Shown here: positions 58,767-64,000 of the stretch, in pieces
Layout of the letters: the number at the start of each line of letters is the position of its first letter
Numbering within the stretch: position 1 is the stretch's first letter
Source of the DNA: Pseudomonadota bacterium
GTDB lineage: Bacteria > SAR324 > NAC60-12
NCBI GenBank assembly: GCA_004213175.1
Contig: SHAT01000004.1
Coordinates: forward strand, 3,039-67,038
Length of the DNA: 64,000 nt
Reading direction: 5' to 3'
Made by a program: the position numbers and the translations under genes
The notes under the pieces: generated by a model
What the model saw: only the letters and a program-made list of their open reading frames with translations
The model's database searches: none
Told to the model about the DNA's origin: nothing

Positions 58767-60035
58767 TCAAGAAACAACTCCAAGTAATTTTAACGTTGAC
58801 ACAGCCATGACTTTGGCTGCTGTAATCATGTCATCTATTACAATGTATTCGTCAGGCTGATGAGCGAGGTCAAGAATCCCAGGACCGTATGCAACACAGT
58901 CGTGAAGATGTCCGATTCTGGCAATATGTTTTTGATCATATGTTCCAGGAGAAATAACATACTCCGGGTTTTTTCCCGATATGTTGAGTATAGAGGCACT
59001 GACAGCTTTTACAACTGGTGCATCCACATCCGTCATCGTTGGTAAAAACTCCATAATATCATGTATTCGGTATCTAAAATTAGGACGTGATTCGGTAAGT
59101 TCATTCAATAAATCAGTTATTTCAGCTTTTACTTCGTTTATATTTTCTTCAATTAAAAAACGTCGGTCGATAGTTAAGCGGCATGAATCAGGGACACACG
59201 GACTAGGCATTCCCAGAAAAGATTCATCTTCTCCACCGTGAACGGCCTGCAGGTTCAAAGTAGAACGCTTAGCACCATCCGGAACAACCGGCATACTAGT
59301 TTCCTTTTGCTCCAGAGCAGGAAAAAGTCTTTTCTCAATGAGTTCCAAAAAAGAACTCATGTGCCGGATGGCAGAATCTCCTAGGAAAGGCATCGAGCCG
59401 TGTGCTATTCTACCGAGTGTTTCAACTTCCGCCCACCATACTCCGCGATGACCTAGGCAAATCCGGTCCACATTCAAAGGTTCCGGAATAATGACATGAT
59501 CTACACGAGGTTTTGAGAAAAAACCTTTTTCCGCTAAAAAAGCAACGCCACCGTATCCCCCAGTTTCTTCATCAACTGTCCCAGAAATTTCGATCGTACC
59601 TGAAAAATTAATTCCTTCCTCAAGAATTGCTTCCATCGCAATCACAGACGCAGCCAATCCGCCTTTCATGTCACAGGTGCCGCGACCGTATACTTTGCCA
59701 TCCCGCACAATTCCCTCAAATGGATCAACTGTCCAACCTTCCCCTGGTACTACAACATCTAGGTGGCTATTGAAATGTACACAAGCCCCTGAGGATTTGC
59801 CTTCAAATCTGGCGATTACATTTTTGCGGGGGTAACGGTCTGTGTCACCGGGAGTGTTTTTTGCACGCTCATAAAGAACGGAAAAACCGCTTTTCGCTAG
59901 ACGCCTACCGAGAAATTCAGCGCATCTCGTGTAGTCTTCACCTGGGGGATTGATAGTAGGTATGCGAACTAAATCTTGTGTAAACGAAACCAGATCCTCA
60001 CGCTTGGAATCGATCCTGGAAAATAGAGACTCCAT
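58767..60035 (-). CDS. M20-family metallopeptidase (ArgE/DapE/ACY1 family deacylase)
   Basis: It has HLDVV, GRGTCDMKGG and DEETGG motifs. 422 aa. Confidence 0.88.
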   Translation of the reverse strand: MESLFSRIDSKREDLVSFTQDLVRIPTINPPGEDYTRCAEFLGRRLAKSGFSVLYERAKNTPGDTDRYPRKNVIARFEGKSSGACVHFNSHLDVVVPGEGWTVDPFEGIVRDGKVYGRGTCDMKGGLAASVIAMEAILEEGINFSGTIEISGTVDEETGGYGGVAFLAEKGFFSKPRVDHVIIPEPLNVDRICLGHRGVWWAEVETLGRIAHGSMPFLGDSAIRHMSSFLELIEKRLFPALEQKETSMPVVPDGAKRSTLNLQAVHGGEDESFLGMPSPCVPDSCRLTIDRRFLIEENINEVKAEITDLLNELTESRPNFRYRIHDIMEFLPTMTDVDAPVVKAVSASILNISGKNPEYVISPGTYDQKHIARIGHLHDCVAYGPGILDLAHQPDEYIVIDDMITAAKVMAVSTLKLLGVVS

Positions 60036-60476
60036 TATTTTTCACTGTTGAATGTTTTATTAAAGTTGAAATGATAGTTCAATCATAATCAACAATCCAT
60101 TCAACAATCCAGAAAAAACAAAACTAACTCAGAATATTTGGGGAATAGTAAGAAAAAAGAATTTATCCAATGGGAGCAACAAAAGATGAAAATTTGCTAA
60201 GAGACTACAACGCAAATGATCTCCACTATTTGGGACTCCCATTTGACTTTTGAAAAAATTATCCTTACCTTTTTTGTGGTTATAGTACAAATCCTTATGA
60301 TTTGTATATACTTAAAATCTATAACCGATCAAAATTTATATTATATGTTCTTCCATCCTATTGCTGATTCTGTCAGTGTTTTACACTTATTTATATTAGT
60401 AAATTTACGTAGAGTACAAAATATAATATACTTCTGTACAACACTAGTGGGGTAGGAGTGAAGAATATTTCAGGAC

Positions 60477-61739
60477 TCAAGTTACTTGGTGTTTCTGCTG
60501 GAATCGTTCTTCACGCCATTCTTCAGTTTTTAGGACTTCATGCAAAGCTTCAGCAGCATCCCATACGTCTGTATATCGTAGATAAAGGGGAGCAAAGCCG
60601 AACCGCATGATACCTGGCGCTCTAAAATCCGCAATTATTTTTCTTGCAATAAGAGCCTGAATTACGGGGAATCCATTTGCATAATGAAGAGCTACCTGGG
60701 AACCTCGTTTTTCCGGATCATTTGGACTATGAAGGGTCACGCCATGATTGCCATATCTTTTTTCTACCAGCTCAAGGAAAAGTTGAGTCAGACATTGGCT
60801 CTTTTTACGTACCATATTTAGGTCCGCCACCTTCGCAATTTCAAGTCCAGCCTGGAGTCCCCTGAGTGATAATATCGGCTGGGTTCCTGTCTGAAACTTT
60901 AAAATACCTTCAGCTGCCTTAAAATCTTTTTCGAAAGCAAAAGGACGTGCGTGTCCCCACCATCCAGAAAGAGGATTTACAGCTGATTGCTGATGCCTCT
61001 TTGCAACATACAAATACGCGGGAGAGCCCGGTCCACCGTTAAGATATTTATACGTGCAGCCAACAGCAAAATCTACACCCCACCTGTCAAGTTCCACTGA
61101 TAAAACTCCTGCACTATGGCAAGTGTCCAGGACAAATAAGGCTCCTGCCTCGTGCGTTTTTTTAACAAGCTCCTCTATCGGCAGCAGTTCGCCTGAACGG
61201 TAATTCACATGTGACAAAGTAACCACTGCAACATTTTCGTCAAGCAACTCATCCAAGGAATCTCCATCTTTTCCTACCAATCGTCTTTGGATGTTTTGCT
61301 GAGAAGATATGATCCCTTCAAGGATATAAAGATCGGTTGGGAAACTGTCTGCCTCTGAGACCACAACATTGCGTCCATGTGACATGCCCAAAGCGGCGTG
61401 GACGGTTTTGTACAAATTCAGTGAAGTTGAGTCAGAAACGATTAGCTGTCCTGAAGCTGCTCCAACAACAGGTGCAATCATTTCCCCCAAAGTTTGCGAC
61501 AACTCCCACCAACCAGCGTTTTTCCAACTATTAATCAACTCTTCAGACCATTCGTTTTTTATAGTCTGCTCCAAGTGTTCTAGCGCCTTGTTAGGCATTG
61601 GCCCCAGGGAGTTTCCATCCAAATAAATAAGGCCTTGTGGCAAATAGAAATTCTCGCGCCAATTACCCAAAGGATCTACTGCATCAGCTTTCTCGCATGC
61701 AGTTCGGGATTCTAGTAAAGTGGAAATGTTAATTGACAT
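60477..61739 (-). CDS. kynU: kynureninase
   Basis: 420 aa with IYLDGNSLGP, the PLP-lysine context CTYKYLNGGPG, and WWGH. Confidence 0.9.
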   Translation of the reverse strand: MSINISTLLESRTACEKADAVDPLGNWRENFYLPQGLIYLDGNSLGPMPNKALEHLEQTIKNEWSEELINSWKNAGWWELSQTLGEMIAPVVGAASGQLIVSDSTSLNLYKTVHAALGMSHGRNVVVSEADSFPTDLYILEGIISSQQNIQRRLVGKDGDSLDELLDENVAVVTLSHVNYRSGELLPIEELVKKTHEAGALFVLDTCHSAGVLSVELDRWGVDFAVGCTYKYLNGGPGSPAYLYVAKRHQQSAVNPLSGWWGHARPFAFEKDFKAAEGILKFQTGTQPILSLRGLQAGLEIAKVADLNMVRKKSQCLTQLFLELVEKRYGNHGVTLHSPNDPEKRGSQVALHYANGFPVIQALIARKIIADFRAPGIMRFGFAPLYLRYTDVWDAAEALHEVLKTEEWREERFQQKHQVT

Positions 61740-61868
61740 AATTTAACTGATTTGTGATTTTCAAAATTATTAAGTAATTATAATGAGTTAAGCATAATTT
61801 TTTGTTAGAATTTTTTTTATATGCTCTTCCACATTATATCTTGCAAATTTTTAGTTTTTTCAATTAGA

Positions 61869-62513
61869 TTAATATAATCTATTCGGGTAAAGACCAAAAA
61901 TATTTAATCCGTCCCGAAAAAGGAAAAAAGCGAATCCAATTAAAACAAAACCAAGAAACTGCATAATGCGTCTGTACCAAATTTCCTGCAAAAAACTACG
62001 AGATTTTCCAGCCACAATTGCCAGCATAAATTTTACTCCAACCAAACCAAGATAAAAACTGAAGAGAAATGCGGCTCCTAAGCTAAAAGAATGCTGAAAC
62101 GAACGGACCATCAGAGGCGCACCTACAGTAAACCAAAAGAGGTATGGATTTGGATTTGCCAAATTTGCGATAATCAACTCTCGCAGACTGAGAGGCTTGG
62201 GAGTATAATCCGAAATTTCAGCGCTTGAGTTTTTGACACCCTTTACTCCTAGGTATATGAGAAAGGCTGCACCTGCCATAGAAATTACCCCAAGCATAAA
62301 ATCTACATTCGAAATTTTAGTAAACAAAAATCCGGACACAAGCAGAACTGGAGCATCTGTAAGTAGAGGCATAAAAGCTACTTTTGCTCCTGCACGTATT
62401 CCATGACGTAATGTTTCGGCAATGATCAGCACCATCATTGGACCCGGAGAAAACCCAGCTGGTGCTCCGAGGAGGAAACCTATTGTCAAAATACCGATAA
62501 TACTTTCGATCAT
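61869..62513 (-). CDS. LysE/RhtB-family amino-acid exporter
   Basis: It has 6 TM and an N-terminal GPMMVLIIAETLRHG-type motif. The ATG at 62513 overlaps the upstream stop as ATGA. Confidence 0.85.
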   Translation of the reverse strand: MIESIIGILTIGFLLGAPAGFSPGPMMVLIIAETLRHGIRAGAKVAFMPLLTDAPVLLVSGFLFTKISNVDFMLGVISMAGAAFLIYLGVKGVKNSSAEISDYTPKPLSLRELIIANLANPNPYLFWFTVGAPLMVRSFQHSFSLGAAFLFSFYLGLVGVKFMLAIVAGKSRSFLQEIWYRRIMQFLGFVLIGFAFFLFRDGLNIFGLYPNRLY

Positions 62514-63382
62514 GCAGGAATCTCGAAATCCATGCACTCTAAATCAAGTTTAATTTTGCCTATACGAGTAACCGAACCTTTCATAGTAATTTCATAATTT
62601 TCACCGATTGTGATATCAATTTGCCCACCCGGCATTAAAACCGAGATTTCAGCATCACAATAACCAAGCCGGTATGCCACAGCAGCTGCTGCGCTACTAC
62701 TGCTTCCAGAAGCTAGTGTGTAACCAACACCACGCTCCCATATTTCAATCCTGATTGTCTTGCGATTCATAACCTCCAAGAATTGAACATTCGTATCGTT
62801 TGGGAAATTGGAATGTTTTTCGAGCAAAGGTCCAACACGTATGGCTTCCTGCCTTGTAACATTTAGATTTAGTACAATGCAGTGCGGGTTTCCAATGTTA
62901 GCGGAACAGAATGTTATTTTTTCACCATTTATTTCCAAGGTTTCGTTAATGACTTCCCTGCTTTTTCCGGTCACTGGAATAATGTCACTTTGAAAACTGA
63001 CTCTACCCATTTCAACTATCACAAATTTTCCCAAATCTTTGATACGAGCACTGACAGGGCCCCCTGATGTCATAATTTGGAAGGGAGAAACATTTACCAT
63101 TTTTCGATCCCAGAGAGAGCGTGCGAAAATCCTAAGTCCGTTTCCGCTTTTTTCTGCCAAACTACCGTCCGGATTAAAGATTGTCAGTTTAAATCCCTTA
63201 CCGGAACTGTCTCTTCCACCAACTAGTAAACCGTCTGACCCAAGACCAAAATTTCGGTGACAAATTTTTCGAATTTTTTCTACTGTAAGTTCTTCTTCAG
63301 CAGACTCAAGATCTCCCGAAGTGAGAACTAGATAATCATTGCCGAGAGCATGATATTTGAGAAATTCCATTTTTCGAGTCAC
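62510..63382 (-). CDS. DapF-fold (diaminopimelate epimerase-like) protein with Ser at both catalytic Cys positions
   Basis: It is collinear with E. coli DapF: HALGNDY, IFNPDGSLAEKSGNGLRIFAR (compared with ...AQCGNGARCFAR), GNPHC, and WERGVGYTLASGSSSSAAA (compared with YERGAGETQACGSGACAAA). The start is probably the ATG at 63370. Confidence 0.85.
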   Translation of the reverse strand: MTRKMEFLKYHALGNDYLVLTSGDLESAEEELTVEKIRKICHRNFGLGSDGLLVGGRDSSGKGFKLTIFNPDGSLAEKSGNGLRIFARSLWDRKMVNVSPFQIMTSGGPVSARIKDLGKFVIVEMGRVSFQSDIIPVTGKSREVINETLEINGEKITFCSANIGNPHCIVLNLNVTRQEAIRVGPLLEKHSNFPNDTNVQFLEVMNRKTIRIEIWERGVGYTLASGSSSSAAAAVAYRLGYCDAEISVLMPGGQIDITIGENYEITMKGSVTRIGKIKLDLECMDFEIPA

Positions 63383-63484
63383 TTAAATATTTTTAAAAAA
63401 TAAATCGCCTAAAGCAATTGAACTATTATACAGATCATAATGCATTTACAAAAGTAACAAGCAGAGGAAACTTAGCATAAGTAT

Positions 63485-63976
63485 TTATAATTCTGAAATT
63501 TTCTGAGCCGCCTCATAAGGAGTGAGTGGTTTGTCTAAAAGTTGACCATTACTAAGGCGCAGCAGAACCCCCTCTTCACTCATGTATGCTTTTAGAGGAT
63601 CTCCGTTCTCATCTAGCATTTCCAATGCATAAGTCGATTCCCCATCAAGGACATCAGGAACCACTTTTACATTTTCCGGAGTTTTGTCACCCATTTGTTT
63701 CCAGAGCGATTCTACTCTCTTGTATTTCTGTTTAAGCTGCTTTAGCTTTTTCTTTAAATCTTCCGGAGAGGCAAATTTTTCCAATTTGCCTTTCCAAAAG
63801 AGATAAATTGTTTGTGCCTCTGAGAAAACAAAAACTGCGTTTTCCCCTATTTCTTGGAGGATGCTGTTTGCAATCTTATCTAAAATTTGAGGAGACGCTG
63901 TAATCATTTTTTTTAAACGCTCGTTTGATTCCTGAACAGAGATATTGGAACCAAATTCCTGCATCATGTCTTCCAT
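63485..63976 (-). CDS. hypothetical protein (163 aa)
   Basis: ORF only. Confidence 0.45.
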   Translation of the reverse strand: MEDMMQEFGSNISVQESNERLKKMITASPQILDKIANSILQEIGENAVFVFSEAQTIYLFWKGKLEKFASPEDLKKKLKQLKQKYKRVESLWKQMGDKTPENVKVVPDVLDGESTYALEMLDENGDPLKAYMSEEGVLLRLSNGQLLDKPLTPYEAAQKISEL

Positions 63977-64000
63977 ATTAAACTCAGAAGGTTTGTTGTC

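Noticed and set aside
1-64000. I searched the whole window for CRISPR arrays, IS elements or transposases, integrases, reverse transcriptases (retron/DGR/group II), toxin-antitoxin pairs and known defence genes.
   Set aside because: No regularly spaced 25-40-nt repeats were seen, and no protein has DDE, tyrosine- or serine-recombinase, or RT motifs. The only repeats found are the tRNA-like pair and the short octamer and 14-mer boxes reported above.

Overview
This is a 64-kb chromosomal window from a Gram-negative, apparently marine bacterium. I cannot place it taxonomically from sequence alone, and all GC statements are by eye, not computed. It is gene-dense and mostly housekeeping.

**Main content**
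- A tkt-fba-rpe sugar-phosphate cluster.
- The hrcA-grpE-dnaK-dnaJ heat-shock locus, with a near-consensus CIRCE operator and a sigma70-type promoter.
- ilvD, eno, murJ, selB, recD, a dus-family tRNA-dihydrouridine synthase, kynureninase, hpf and lhgO.
- An RND efflux pair and a sugar ABC importer coupled to a phosphodiester-glycosidase-like protein.
- A visibly AT-richer islet carrying a nucleotidyltransferase, azurin and a blue-tuned (Gln105-type) proteorhodopsin, next to a tRNA-Arg with the atypical anticodon GCG.

I found no CRISPR array, transposase, integrase, reverse transcriptase or recognisable defence system, and I cannot point to one clear-cut novel system.

**Most unusual signals, in my order of interest**
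1. Two diverged copies of a ~165-nt element ending in a tRNA-Leu(CAG)-like domain (T-loop, acceptor strand, encoded CCA). Each is followed by helically phased TGTC(C/T)GCA octamers, and together they bracket the 6-kb ABC-importer/nucleotidyltransferase segment. I cannot assign them to any RNA family.
2. A DapF-fold protein in which both catalytic cysteines are serine, translationally coupled (ATGA) to a LysE-type exporter.
3. An orphan two-gene cassette (95 aa + 618 aa) isolated by ~0.4 kb and ~1 kb of AT-rich non-coding DNA.
4. Gene-decay relics: a histidine-kinase C-terminal remnant, a LUD/LutC-like gene with an in-frame TAA, and a start-less TPR fragment.

Many short ORFs in the supplied track are antisense shadows of real genes and are not reported.
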